Shown piece by piece: positions 36,793 through 50,100 of a stretch of 64,000 bases of DNA. Source of the stretch: Atractiella rhizophila (lineage: Eukaryota); the NCBI GenBank assembly GCA_021432655.1, contig MU271381.1, positions 1 through 64,000 on the forward strand, written 5' to 3'. How positions within the stretch are numbered: position 1 is the first letter of the stretch; each line of letters starts with the position of its first letter. Under the pieces are notes generated by a model. That model had not been told where the DNA came from and did no database searches. It saw only the letters and a list, made by a program, of their open reading frames with translations. The position numbers and the translations under genes are program-made.

Positions 36793-39063
36793 ATGGCGTC
36801 TCTCCCCGCTCCCTCCTATGCTGCGACTTACCACACCTCCCCACCCGCGCTCGCCAGCACACCTTCGCTGTCCGCCGCCTCCCTTGCTCCCACAGCAGCT
36901 ACCAAACCCAAAGCCCCCACGAAGCCAAAGAAGGGCCGTCCTCCGCTTTCGGCGAAGCTGGAGCGGGACAAGGCGTTTCCACCACACCCACGGATGCCTT
37001 TTTGTCTTTGTGGGCATCTGGAAGACATGGGACTAGTCGAGGGTGGAGATGCTGGTAGGGGAGGAGAACGGTTTAAAGGTGGAGAGAGGGAGAAGTTGGT
37101 CGTTGCAGTCAGGATGAGGATGGTACTGGAGGAGGAGAGCGGGAGAGACGAGGAAGGCGGAGGAAAGAGGGTGAAGGTATTCTTTCTTAGGAACATACTT
37201 CTGTAAAAGAGATGAAGCTGATTTGCGTTGAAATAGAGACATCACCTCTCCTGCTCTGTTGATCGATGCGCCTCGCCCATGACCCGTCCGCTCGTCTGTC
37301 TTTCATGCGGCTTCCTCGCGTGCTCTACCCCTTCCCCATCTTCAGGTTCACTCGCCATAGGAGAGCACATGGCCACTCACTTAAAATCTACAGGACACGT
37401 ATTCTGTATGTGTCCTTCGTATACTTTCAACAGTGCATATGCATTGATGTGCCTAACTTCTCTACATCCGGAAACTAATCATGAATGGGATGGAAAGGCA
37501 TCGAAATCCTCTCCTCCACTCTCTACTGCATTCGATGTCGCGACTTCATCCACCATCCCTCGTTTGAATCCATCTACCGCGAAGTCCTCGTGACACACGA
37601 AGAAGCGTCCTGTCTGAATCAAGGCCTGCGATGTGCGTGTTCTTCCTGCGGTGACCGCTAACGATCCCGAAAGCAAAGAACTGACGTCCTCTCCAGCCTC
37701 CTCTCCGGCTCGAGACCGTATACCCTACGTTGCACCACCAGCCGGAGACATCGTAAAGTCCTTGCCCCGTTCATGCGCACACGAGAGGGGAGTTCTAAAC
37801 CTCGGCAACACCTGTTACCTCTCCTCCGTGCTCCAACTATTCCTTCACACTCCCCTCTTCCGCTCCCACTTTCTCGGGGACAGACACCACCCTGGAAGCT
37901 GTGTGCGGGGGAAGAAGCGTGTCGCGAATGGAGCGGGCGAGAGGGCGACGGGGATGGAGTGTCTCGGGTGTGAGGTCGACGGCGTGTTTCAGGAGTCAGT
38001 AAAGGACGAACACGGCGCTTCTGGAGACGCGGGAGGTGGTAGTGCAGGAGCACCTATTGTGCCGACGAGCTTTTTGTATTGTGTGTGGAGGACTTGTAGG
38101 GATCTGGCGGGGTACGGACAACAAGACGCGCACGAGTTCCTCATAGCCGGTGCGTCTCCCTACAATGCATCCTATCCACATCGTTGCTGACATTTCCCTT
38201 CTTTCCACTCCCATGGCGTTGCGAACTTGGAAAATAGAAAATGTTGATCAAACCCAGCCCTGAACCAAATCCATCTCACCTCCCCCGCACATTCCAACCT
38301 CTCCTGCTCCTGCATCACCCATCTCGCCTTCGGCGGATCCCTCCGCTCCGTCCTCCGCTGTACATCCTGCTCAAAATCCTCAACGACGGTCGAGGACTTC
38401 ATCGACCTCTCGCTCGAGATCGGGAAAGGCGGTGGAGGAGGGGGAAATGGAAATGGGAGGAGAGGAGGGGATGTGGAGAGGACGCTGGAAGGATGTTTGA
38501 GGAGGTTCGTGAGGAAGGAGAAATTGGAGATGAAGGAGTGGAAGTGCGAACAGTGTGGATCGGGAGAGGGAGAGAAACAGCTTAGTGTGAAGAGGCTACC
38601 GATGACTTTGTGCATACAGATCAAGGTTCGTTCCCCTCCATTCGTGTTTACATCAAAGTCAGAATTTGAGACGAGGAGCTGATTGAGCCTTCTTTGATTT
38701 GGTGAACAGAGATTCCAAAAATCGAAAACAGTGTCCAAAATCGACCATCACATCTCCTTCCCCCTCACACTAAACATGCGTCCTTATACCTCCCCCTCCT
38801 TCGACTTCTCCTCTCCTGTCGGTCCAGATTCCCTCTACACCTACCACCTAACATCAGTAATCGTACATTATGGCGAGTTGAATACAGGCCACTACACTGC
38901 CTACGGAAAGATGAGGGACGAGTGGACCTTCTTCGATGATGAGAAGGTGAGGGAGGCAAGCACAAAGGAGGTACTAGATTGTAAGGCGTATGTCCTTTGT
39001 TATGAGAAGCTCACGAGAGCTTTTGGGGAGGGAACGGGAGGTGGAAAGGAGGGGAAGAAGTGA
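36793..39063 (+). CDS. UBP8: Ubiquitin C-terminal hydrolase Ubp8/USP22 (ZnF-UBP + USP domain)
   Basis: LVCLSCGFLAC and LYCIRCRDF zinc finger, GVLNLGNTCYLSSVLQ, LAGYGQQDAHEF, HYGELNTGHY, FFDDEKV. Confidence 0.88.
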
Positions 39064-39503
39064 GTGCTAGCGCCGAATGTATATTGGAATGTTGGTAACT
39101 TGATACTGGTTGTTGGAATCTATGTAAAAACACGTCTGCTTTTAGCACCCTCCTCACTCATTGCGTAGAACTTGAGGTATATCTATATCTCAAACAATTC
39201 CTCTCTTCGTCTCTCCTCGTAGGCTCGTGGCCAATCCGCCACAGCATCATCTCATCTCTTTCAGAACCTTTCAGAATTTTTTACAGCTAGAACTCAGCCC
39301 TTGAAGCCGGCTAGCGTTGACTGTCTGGATTTATTCTGTAAGTGATGAGGCAACATTTCCGCCCGCAGTTTGAAATACGCCTTGCTTGCAGCCAGGACCA
39401 ATTTGGCTTTTGGCTGAGCTAACGCTGAACGAGACGAGGAGCTCCTGCGAGGTCTTGTGCGTCTAACCCACCACGCAGAGTGGATTATATCCCGCTTTTC
39501 AGG

Positions 39504-42500
39504 ATGGATGTACGAGAAATAACGGAAGCGCCAGACCTTTCGGATCAGAGGGAGAGGGATGAGTCGCTTGATTTTGGAAATGGAGGGGAGGACGTCGCCT
39601 TGTTGCGCGGCACTAGAGTAGCAAAGGAGGAAGAAAGGGAGTTCACTGTGCGTATTTCATGGAATATTGGCTCTGGAGAGAAATGTTTGTCATCACGCCA
39701 TTTGTCAGAGTTTGTCAGACGTTTTGGCGATTTGTTGTTATATTGTACTGCACTAAGTTTCTTCCCAGGCTATTATGGATGCTGTTTGATATATTCTACA
39801 TGTGTGACATCTGGAGCATTGCAAGAGCATGAATTGAGGATAAGGCATTGCCAGTATTGGCATGTGAAGTATTGACTGTGAACTAGGTGATCGTATCGCA
39901 ATTGCCCTGTGCAAGTTCGTTGTGTAGGACCTGCTGCCCTGTCTCGTTTCGCTTCACTGTATCTTTGATTTCTATTAGTCGAGAGGAAGTCAGTTGGCAC
40001 GTTGATCCCGAGATTACCAACTGCTACTTGCAAGCCAATTTTTAATCCAACTGATGAACGATTTGATATGTGGAAAGCACATTAGAGCCGCTAATTGATA
40101 TGCTCCAAGAACCATCCCTTTCTACTCCGTTTCCGCCTGCAAAGAACATCTCTCCTTTCCTCTTGCCGTTTATAACGGAATGTAGGCATTATGAGAAGCG
40201 GTCGCAATTAATCCACCCTCCTGCTTGTGAAATTAAGGCCCAATCCGAGTTCTTTATCTCTGATCTGGAGATGCACTATCACACGGTCATTGCGGCCACA
40301 CAACGTAGTGATCGAGGAAGTGCTTTGCGTGATGTGCTGAATTTTCTTTTCAAAATTTATTGGAAGCCGTCTCCCTCCCGTTTTTGCGCCATAAATTTAT
40401 GCTTCTAACACTTTGGCTGCAGTTTCGAGCAGTAATCACAGGTCTCATCATTGGCCTTCTACTATGTTTCACGAACACCTACTTCGGCCTGCAAACCGGC
40501 TGGATATCGATGATGTCTCTTCAAGCGTCTCTCCTCGGATACCTCGTCTTCAAGATACTCCCTAAACGATTCACACCGCCGTTAACCGTTAAGGAGAACA
40601 TCCTTCTTCAGACCACGGCGGTTGCTCTTGGCACACTCCCTCTCGCCTCCGGACTCGTCGGTGTGGTGCCAGCCCTTGCCATGCTGAATGAAGAAGAGGA
40701 TGGTGCGGCGCCGATAACGCTGAGTTGGGCACAGTTGGTATTGTGGTGCACAGCAACAGCCTTCTTTGGGGTTTTCCTAGCTGTCCCTCTTAGAAGACAG
40801 GTCATAGTGAAGGAAAAGCTAGTCTTTCCATCAGGGACTGCAACAGCACAAATCATCGGTGTACTGCATGGAAAACCAGTGAAGACGGGCACCGAGGGGA
40901 TCAGAAAGAGGAGAGCGAGTTTTTTGGAGGCAGAAGAGGAGGAAGAGAGGGCGGAAGAAACTGCAGAAAAGAAGTTTGATAACGGAGCTTGGAGGAAACT
41001 CGTCGGGTCTTTCTTGATATCGGCTGGATATTCAGTACGTGCTTTACTCATCATTGTCAGGATTTAATACCTGGAGCAGATAGTAACATTCATGTTCCCT
41101 GTTCTCTATGCAATACCCATATTCGATTTTCTTGCTGGTGGTCTACCTCTCGCTGCCAAATGGAGTTGGTGGTTTACTCCATCGTTTTCATATGTCGGTC
41201 AGGGAATCATTATGGGATTTGAGACGACGGTGTGTGCTTCATCTCTGTCATGATAGTTCTGATTGGATGTATAGGTAGCGATGAACCTGGTACGCATCAT
41301 TGATCTGTCAATCTGGTTCAAAGGTGATTGATGACAATTTTACGAAGGGTGCATTGGTAGGATGGGGAATCCTTTCCCCCATTGCAAAGAACAAAGGTTG
41401 GGCACCAGGACCGGTCTCTTCATCCTCCGATGGCGCCAGGGGTAAGCTTCATTTCGAGATGTTATTATATCTCAGGTAACATTGACAGGATGGATTCTCT
41501 GGCCCGCTCTCGCCATCCTGTTGAGCGAATCAATTCTGTCCCTCTCGCTTGTCTTCGCATCCTATCTCTCTTCTCGCCTTCAAAAGCGCCGCCAAACCAG
41601 CACATACCACACAGTGTCATATGAGCAAGAAGTTGAGGAGAAAGCTGACGAGCCCTCTTTGGGTGTGGTAGCCTGGGGATTAGGCGCAAGCTTTGTCGTT
41701 TGTGTCGCCCTTGTCAAAGTGGTGTTTGGGGAAGAAGGGATTGCATGGTGGGCTTGCTTCATTGCTCTCATTCTTGCTTGCGCATTCGCTATACTGGGAG
41801 TGAGAGCATTGGGAGAAACCGATCTTAATCCGTAAGTCATTTATTCTAATTCCCTTTCTTTCACTGCGCGCAACTGAAAAGCGTAACAGAGTCAGCGCCG
41901 TAGGAAAGATCAGTCAGTTACTCTTTGCTGTCATTCAGCCAGGAAACGTGGTGGCAAACCTCGTAGCTGGGTACTACACTTCCTCCTACTGCGTGAATCG
42001 CCACTGATGTTGCACTTTACCTCTAGAGGACTGTCAGAAGCTGGAGCACAGCAGTCTGGTGATTTGATGCAAGATCTGAAGACTGGTCACCTTCACGGTG
42101 CAAGTCCAAGGGTTCAGTTTTACGGACAGGTACGTGACTACTCTCCTCGTATCCATATTGTTCCTAGCTGATGTGATAACAGTTGATCGGCTCTTTCGCC
42201 TCCGTTTTCGTCTCTTCCACCATTTTCCTCATCTACTCTCGTACATACACCCTGCCTTCCGCCGCCTTCCCCGTCCCCACAGCAGGGGTCTGGCTCAACC
42301 TCGCTCGGCTGGTGAACACCGGCTCCCTCCCACCTGCAACGAAAGAGTTCATGCTCGTCTTTGGGCCCGTCTTCCTCGTTACTTCCCTCGTGAAATACTT
42401 TGCGAAGGAACGGTATACATGGGCGAGATTCATTCCATCAGGAATCGCTTTCAGTATTGGGTTCATCAATACGCCGAGCTTCTCGATGGCGAGGCTTGTT

Positions 42501-42710
42501 GGTGGATACATAGCGTATAGGAGGTCGAAGAAGCATGTCGGAAAGGGACCGTTGGAGGATATCGACCTTCTCGTTACTGCATCCGGTTTTGTTCTGGGAG
42601 AGGGATTTGCGAGCATCATTGGGCTTATATTGACGTCTCTTGGAGTTAAGGCGCTCTCATGTTGGGGTTGTGGACTGGGAGGTGGTGGATACTGCCCTGG
42701 AAGCTGTTGA
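39504..42710 (+). CDS. OPT-family oligopeptide/metal-chelate transporter (YSL/YGL114W-like)
   Basis: EFT|FRAVITGLIIG, NTYFGLQTGWISMM, LVFPSGTATA, RALGETDLNP, DLMQDLKTGHL, ASGFVLGEG; 775-nt first intron 39648-40422. Confidence 0.9.
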
Positions 42711-42901
42711 TATTCCCACTTCCTGTTCCTTCCTATTTTTCAATAGAATGCACCGTTGAGTCCCTAAAGGAGCACCGTCTCATAATATTTCATCTCCTTG
42801 TGGTCGAGCGCATCCAAAGACGCCCATGAATCACTGGCAGCAGGAACACATCCATATCCAAAAGCAGCAAACACGTCTGATCTGATAACATATCTGTAGT
42901 T

Positions 42902-42914
42902 ACCCTAACCCTAA
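42902..42914 (+). repeat. Interstitial telomere-type motif A(CCCTAA)2
   Basis: ACCCTAACCCTAA about 42 bp upstream of the ATG at 42957. Confidence 0.6.
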
Positions 42915-42956
42915 TTTGCGTTTTCTCCTCTGAAACGATCACACCAAGTCGGCGCA

Positions 42957-43700
42957 ATGGAAGGGCTTCCTATGTCATTTGGTGGGCGCCTGCCTACGTA
43001 TAACGATAACAGTATGTCTACGGAGCATCAAGGTGGATCTTCAAATACTTTCCGCGGTCGAGGAGGCAGAGGAGGGGGAGGTGGTCGGGGAAGAGGATTA
43101 AATGGAGGAGGGAGAGGTGGGAGAGGAAGGAAAGAAGGGAGGGGTGGTGGAGGCGGAGGGGAGAGACCTTTCAAGGTTTGTGTTTACTTTGGACCAACTG
43201 TGCATGCTGGAAAGGAGAGGAGAGATGGTTGACTGCTTTCGCTTTAGAAGATGAGAATGGAGGAACGGGAGACGGTGGAGGATCCGGAGGGTGGAAGGAG
43301 TTATTTTAATCTCGGCATGCTGGAGGATCCATGGAAGGCTTGGAACCTCTCAAACGATCTCACCTCTGCTGCCACCTCTGCTTCTCCATCTGCCATCCAA
43401 GCCTCTAAGCTATCCAACCTCAGCAATGGACAACGCACCAATGATTCTGGGGAAGCGTCTACGATTGCCACTGTTCCGGAAGGAGGCAGAAGCTACTTTA
43501 ACCCTGACATGCTAAAAGATCCATGGAAGGCTTGGAAGCTGCCGGATGGAGTCATCTCTGATACTACATCAACTGCTCCACATATAGGTGAAACGGCTCA
43601 AGCTCGCGTGCCTTCCAATCTTAACAATGGACAATATAATGGCGACGATAGACAGGAAGAGGTAGACGAAGGTGTGCTACTCATAGAGAAAGTGGCATGA
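42957..43700 (+). CDS. RGG-rich protein with two tandem MPLKIP/TTDN1-like motifs
   Basis: Exon 1 RGG box; intron 43176-43247; exon 2 has SYFNLGMLEDPWKAW and SYFNPDMLKDPWKAW; 3' end uncertain; family recognised from memory only. Confidence 0.65.
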
Positions 43701-45046
43701 ATCCCAGGCAGGACTTTCGACAGACTGCAGATGGGTCCCGGCGAAATGAGGTTGAATCCCTCTGCTGATGAGAAACCGAACGTAAATTCTCCTGGAGAAA
43801 CAATAGGCGATGAAGGATGATGGAGCTTATAGGAGATTCATGATGGGTCGTGAAAAAGGAACTGACGGAGGTTCCTATTGAACCTCCCTTTGGCGGAAGG
43901 AAGATAGGTGCTAGGGGCGGAGGAGGTGGAATGGTGAAGGGATATAGCGCCAGCCCGATAATTTGGTATTTGCCTTGAACGTTGAAAGGAACAGTGCGTG
44001 TTCACTTCTTCTCCAACGTCGCTGTTGGATTTCCGTGTTGCCTTTCATACATCTCCATCTCTTTCTGTGACATTCCATTCATTTTGTTTGAGCGTCAGAT
44101 GAGATTTTTTTAATGCCAAGAGCCAATCATACTGCAGGCCGGAATTTTGCAAAGTTATTCGCTTTCCCTCTCATAAACCGCCAATGCACGACCTACTGTT
44201 GGCTCTTTGTCCGTCAACAGCTCTTGCTATGTTGCGCCGCCTTGCGAGCGCAAGGACCGCATGTTTATGGGGTCCAATTCTTCTTGGAACCTTTCATGTA
44301 TTGTCGAGTTTCGCGGTGGAAGTGCGACAATAACATTTTGAGGAACACTGTGCTTTCACAACGCAGCCTCTGAAAACAGGAACTCGAAGAGGTTCAACCA
44401 TAGGACGCACACTCGCCCTGACAGTCTTTATACCTTCTTCTCAAGCTGCTGGTTTGGACCAGGACAGCAAATATTGACGTATGATCCGTCTTCTTTTTAG
44501 CTTTCAACAGAAGCTCAAACCAAGGCGTCCTTTTCCTTCGAACGAAGAACCTTCGAACAATGAAGGGTTCACAATGAAGGATGTGCGTGCACGACAGTCG
44601 CTGAGTTCATTCCCACCATCCGAAAAGAACAAGAAACAAGACTGGTTAGAACTGTTAGGCAACACAAGAAATGCCGAATGTCGAGCAAGGGAGCCCGCGC
44701 TTCGGGGCGGTGTTAAAGCAGGCCGACGCGTCAAGGGAACAAGGAAGGGGAAGGGCAGGTAGGGTGACTCCAAGCGAAGCTGAAGGATACGCGATTCGTG
44801 CCCGAGACCTGTAAATAGGTGGATAGAAGGCTTCTTCGTACTAATCGTTTTCCTGATTTCCTTCAGCTATGCGCCGAAGTTTGAATATCGTAAAGTGCGT
44901 CTTGATGACACATTCCCCATCCAGTCCCGTCCTTCCTTCCCGCTTCCCAAAGACTTCCCTAAAGCCTAGAAATTCTCACCCAACGAAACGTCGAAGGTTC
45001 GGTCCCTTGCCGGCGGCTGTCAGTCCCGCAAGACAGAAGCCGTAAA

Positions 45047-45053
45047 TATAAAA
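45047..45053 (+). promoter_or_regulatory. TATA box of the CE4 deacetylase gene
   Basis: TATAAAA followed by a pyrimidine-rich tract and a probable 5'-UTR intron (45118-45162). Confidence 0.55.
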
Positions 45054-45210
45054 GGAGCGCGTGTGCCTCTTTCTTTTCTCAAGGATCATTGATTCTTTGG
45101 TCTTCGTACCCCGTCAGGTTCGTTAATTGTTTCTGCGAAGATGAGACTGAATCCTGGTGCAGGGAACACACTCTTTCACTCATTCGTTCAGACTCATTTC
45201 GATAGTCAAC

Positions 45211-46482
45211 ATGTTCTCTACAACGTCAATCGTCGCTTTCATCGCGTCTCTTTCTCTCCTGGGATTGGCAGATGCGAGTCCCCTCGTGAAGAGGGCTACT
45301 GATCGAGGTCAGTTTACCTTGCCTGCTTCTCGTCGACTCTCTTGTGTTGTACGCGTTCTGAACAGAAAACTGATTATTCGGAGGACAGCTCCCTCCTGTT
45401 TGTCCCACTCCTCCACCTGCGTTATATGCAGAGGCAGCTGACAATGTATGTCGGGATGAGAAGACGTGACGTGCAAGAACCCCAAACAGGTCGCCATCAC
45501 CTTCGATGATGGAGTGTACGAGTACGAGGCTTCCGTGGCTCAGTACTTGAAGGGACAGAACGTCACCGCGACTTTCTTCGTATGTTACCTCCACCACTCC
45601 CTTCCTTTCCATTCTAACGACGTATTGACGCGACGTTGTGTTGTTGGTTGAAAGGTTAACGGTAATAACTGGGCGTGCATCTACGATGCTAATTCCGTCA
45701 AGATGCTCCAGGCTATCATCGCCAATGGACACCAGCTGGCGTCCCATTCTTGGTCGTAAGTCTCCCTCCGATCTTCTCTACCTGAACTGCATGTCCATCC
45801 TGAAGATGAAGGACGCAGCTAATGAATTTGGCTTTGGTACAGGCACCCAGATATGACCACCCTGTCGGATACCCAGGTCCGCCAACAACTCGACCTCGTC
45901 GAGACCGCCACGAAGAAGATCGTCGGCGTCGTGCCCAAGTTCTTCAGGTTCCCGTATGGAGCGAAGAATGACCATTTGTTGGAGATCGCGAAGGAATATA
46001 AATGTACGTTCCTCCCTCCTTTTCTTTTTTTTTGAGGTTATTCCGACGCTCCAACCAAGCGTTCTTATATGCCACCTTTGGATGGGTGAACGTACTGACT
46101 TTGTCTTCTCCAGATGAGACGGTCCTATGGAACTTCGACACAGAAGATGCTGACGGTGCGTTTCTGTCACAAAACAAGAGAGCTCCCTAACATCTGACGG
46201 ACTTGCTACCTAGGCGCGACGGTCTCATATTCTGAAGGCGTCTACGACGACGTAGCAGCCTCCTACCCCAATCCCGCGATCGTATTGAACCACAGCCCCT
46301 ACAAGACTACCACGAACACGGTCATCCCCTACGCCATCAAGAAGCTCAAGGCGAAAGGATACGAATTCGTCGACGTCGCCACTTGCACCGGGTACCAGAA
46401 GAGCCAGTGGTACAAGTCCACTACAACCCCGGGAACGAGGGATTCCACTTGGACTTGCAGCGGTACTCCGAGCGGAAAGTGA
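45211..46482 (+). CDS. Secreted polysaccharide/chitin deacetylase (CE4, NodB domain)
   Basis: Signal peptide plus KR site; TFDDG, ATFFVNGNN, HSWSH, FFRFPYG, LWNFDTED, IVLNH motifs. Confidence 0.92.
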
Positions 46483-47125
46483 GCGCTGCTCTGATGTGGG
46501 ATGTGATGGGCAGTGGTGCTGCGTGGGATGGACTTTGTCTTTACTACTCCGTGATTTGGGTAATGGACTTTCTTTTGTTGTGCTTGCACGACATCGTCGG
46601 CCGGGGTATGCGAACCATGAACTGCTAAGAAGTTAAAAGGAGAACACGACGGCGCAGAACAACTGGAGTCTGTATATTCCTCGACTCAGCTATCGGGAAG
46701 CATTCGACATGTCTCTCCTGGTGGATGTTAGTGTGCTTCAATAGGGCTCAAATGCGAGGACATCTTAAGCCCAAGGATTCATCTTAAAGAATGGCACTTC
46801 GCGACAACATATAAACATCAAAAGCCCTGCGACCTATTATTATTTGCAGCATTATTTCATCTACTAAACGACGAAAAGAGAAACAGAGAGGTGATCCGAA
46901 GAAAGAAAGTAAACTACACGAACCCAAGCAGAAGGCGGCGAAAGACCATCTTTTTAAATCGAAGTGACTGTACTATATGTAGAGGAACCGTAAACAACAT
47001 GTGTGAGCAGTAATGCAGACGGCGAACGAGCACATATTTCCTTGATTAACTTTTAAAAGGCGATTGATATATCGTACTAAGGAAGAGAGAAAGTATTGGG
47101 AAGGAAAGCACAAATGTTTTTATGT

Positions 47126-50100
47126 TTACGATTCAGCGAATCCCCAGGAAGGCTGTCTCACTTCTGGAGGCGGTTGGTCTCCATAATATGTGTGAGGGAA
47201 AGTGTCGCCGGGAGCTCGCATGAAATTGTAGGAGGAGGGACCATAATTGAGATGATCTGCGGGCTCGGGAGAGGGAGGATGGTCTACCAATCCCGCATTG
47301 AGACCGTGAGGAGACATGTCATCTTTGTAAGCCTGAGCATCCTCCATCGATGGCTGACTGGGACCAGCTTTGGATGCACCCTTCTTGCCTCCCCTTCCTT
47401 TCCCCTTCGAGTCCTTAGGGGTCAACCCTGCAGCCTGGTCTGCCTTTTTCTTCGACCTCGCCTGAGCTCTCGCAAATCGCAACCCTAACCATGACCAGAT
47501 AAGCATCAGTCTTCCATTTACCATTCGAAATATGGAGAGGACGCACCACAAGCATTACACAAGCTCTTATCGCCCGACGGACCCTTCCTCCATTCCGGAC
47601 TATCAGTCGCCCCACAAGACGAGCAGCTTCTCGCCTGCTTCGGACCTCTCTTCCTCTCCATCTTATTCGCTCCACCTTCCTCCTTCCTTCCATTAGTAGC
47701 TCTCTCAGCCGATCCACTCCCTCCACCTCCCGTTCCACCAAGCGACAAGCTCCTCCCTCTCCCCGTCACGCTCGCCAGCGCATGCAACCCCGACGGATAA
47801 CCACCGTACGGCGAACCGGCCCACTCTCCCTGCGAATAAGTGTTCGAGCCCGCTCCATACCCATGTCCATGTCCATGGTCGTAAGTCGGATCCTTCCAGC
47901 TCCCCAAAATCGCAGACGCAGTAGCAATCGTTGGACTGAGCGCTTCAGGAAGGTACCCTCCTGCCGTCGGTGTTCCAGGTTGAGGCGGTCCAGGGGGTAC
48001 CCAGCTTCTAGCGGCTTCGACGTCAAGGGGCTGAGGCTGTATGGGATATCCCCTCTCTTGTGGGGAACCCCTTTGAGGCGGGACGTACGAGCCCCGCTGG
48101 TGAGAAGCCGGCACGAGGCCAAACTTGCTCATGGTTGGTCCGCTTCCCGTCAAAAAGTCTTCCTCGTCCCCTCTAAACCTCTTCGCTCCGTTCTCATACT
48201 CTCCCTCATATTCCTCTCTCCCCCTCTTGGCACCAATGGCGCCATCCCCTCCTTCTACACCTCCGGTTTCATAAGTGATGAATTCATCTACCTCCTGCTC
48301 GAAATCGTTGTTCGTGTTCGTGCTCTCCATCAAATTTGCGGTTGGAGTTTCCATGAAGAAGTGGTTATGATTAGAGGCGATGGCGAGGGAAGGATCGAGG
48401 GTGGAATCCATTGGATGAGGGGGATGAGAAAGGGGAATCGGTTCGTCGATCAACGTTATGCCCCCGGTTTCAAAGGTTGCGAAGGCGATGGCGGCGTATC
48501 GAAGGACGGTGTAATGGAGTGTGTAAGTGGCGTTGGACTTTGTGGGATGGATCCTGTGACCAGGACACAAATACATCAACTCTCGCTGTCACATCTGGGC
48601 AGAAGAGGTGGAGAAGATGATGGACCCACATATGTTCCTCGAGGAACCTCCTCTTCACACAATTCGTCCTCCTCTCCTCTTCCTCCCTCCCCACACCGTG
48701 CTCACCTCCCTTCTTCTCCCCTTCTACCTCCCAATCCTTAAAGTCACTCATTAGACATCTCCTCACACGCCTCACGTAAATCTCCGGTTTATAAACACAC
48801 ATCTTGTTCACCCCCGCCGGCGGGAAACTCGTGATGAGTTCTCCGGTGGCAGAGTCAAGGATGAGAAAGATGAAGTTTGGCGCGCGGTCCCTAGACTTGT
48901 CATCCTCGTGCAAGGGGGCATGATGTATGGAGAGCGAAAGGTTGGCCGTCAGCTGTTCCTCCATCGTCGCAAGCATAGTTGGGGAGAAGTAGGTGGAAGC
49001 TGGATGGGAGAGGAGGGGACCACACCAGTTGGTCCAATGAGATACTTGTTTTGGATCATTGTCCAATGCACTCTTATCTGCATCACATTCACCCCATTAC
49101 TCCATATCTCCTCACTTGAAGTAAAAAGCAGGATACGCACCACGAGACGCGTGGAAGAAACATATCACGCTTCCATCCGCTATCCAGCTCGTCGAAATGG
49201 TGAGCATGAGCCAATCATCGTCCTCGACATACATGTGAGCCTCTGGATCCGTAGGAAAGGAACCATGTTGGGGATTGAGGAGTTTCCTCAACGACGACAG
49301 GCGGCGGACCTTGCAACGCGTTATCGTACCCACCGAAGGATCGTAGACTGATTTGGAGGGCGAGGTAGAATCGGAAGGGGGAGGTGGACGTATAGGGTAG
49401 GAGCGGGAGAGGAATGCTGCGCAGGCCCTGTAAGGGAGATGCAAGATATAAAGAAGAGAAAGGCGACAGACTTTGTATATCCTTCCTCGCCTGTCCCCTC
49501 TCCCCCTCCTCAATTAGCTCCCACAGCTCCCTTCCCCGCAACAGTTCTTTTTCTTCTCCCAGATGATTCATCAACACCGGGTCCAATATTTCAAACCTCA
49601 TATCCCACATGACATCTCCCCACTCATCCGGTACATTCTTCGGTTTTCTCCCTCTCTTCTTAGGGAGGGGAGGTGGAGGGTTGATAGGGTAACAAGAGAG
49701 GATGGCCCAGTAACACCTTGTCTGGCCGAGGGCTGGTAGCGAAGTGAGAAATAAAGGGTTGAGGGGTACCAGGGGGGCAGGAGGGACCCAAGGAGAGACG
49801 GAGGGGCGGTAGTGTTGGTGAGATTGGTGTTGATGGTGAAGATGAGGAGCGGGATGTGCCACGTAGTGTTGTTGGTGTTGGTGTTGGTGTTGGGGTGTTG
49901 AGAGGTGGTGTGGGGTAGCGTGGGAGGAGGCGTGACCGGAATGCGGGTGTGAATGTTGGTGAATAGACGGTTGGAGTGAGGGGTCGAGGAGAGGGGAGAT
50001 CGTAGAATGTGGGGACAGGAGGGCAGGAGCCTGGACGTAGGGACTGTGATGTTCCGAATGAGGATGAGGAGGTCCGTGCACATGGGCGTGTGGATGGGGA

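Noticed and set aside
47481..47490. AACCCTAACC telomere-like sequence
   Set aside because: Coincides with the TAG splice acceptor and codons of the WC-2 gene
47782..48741. 319-aa plus-strand ORF and similar long shadow ORFs (31213-31638, 40608-41054, 42233-42619, 60525-60998)
   Set aside because: Antisense shadows of well-supported genes; no independent motifs
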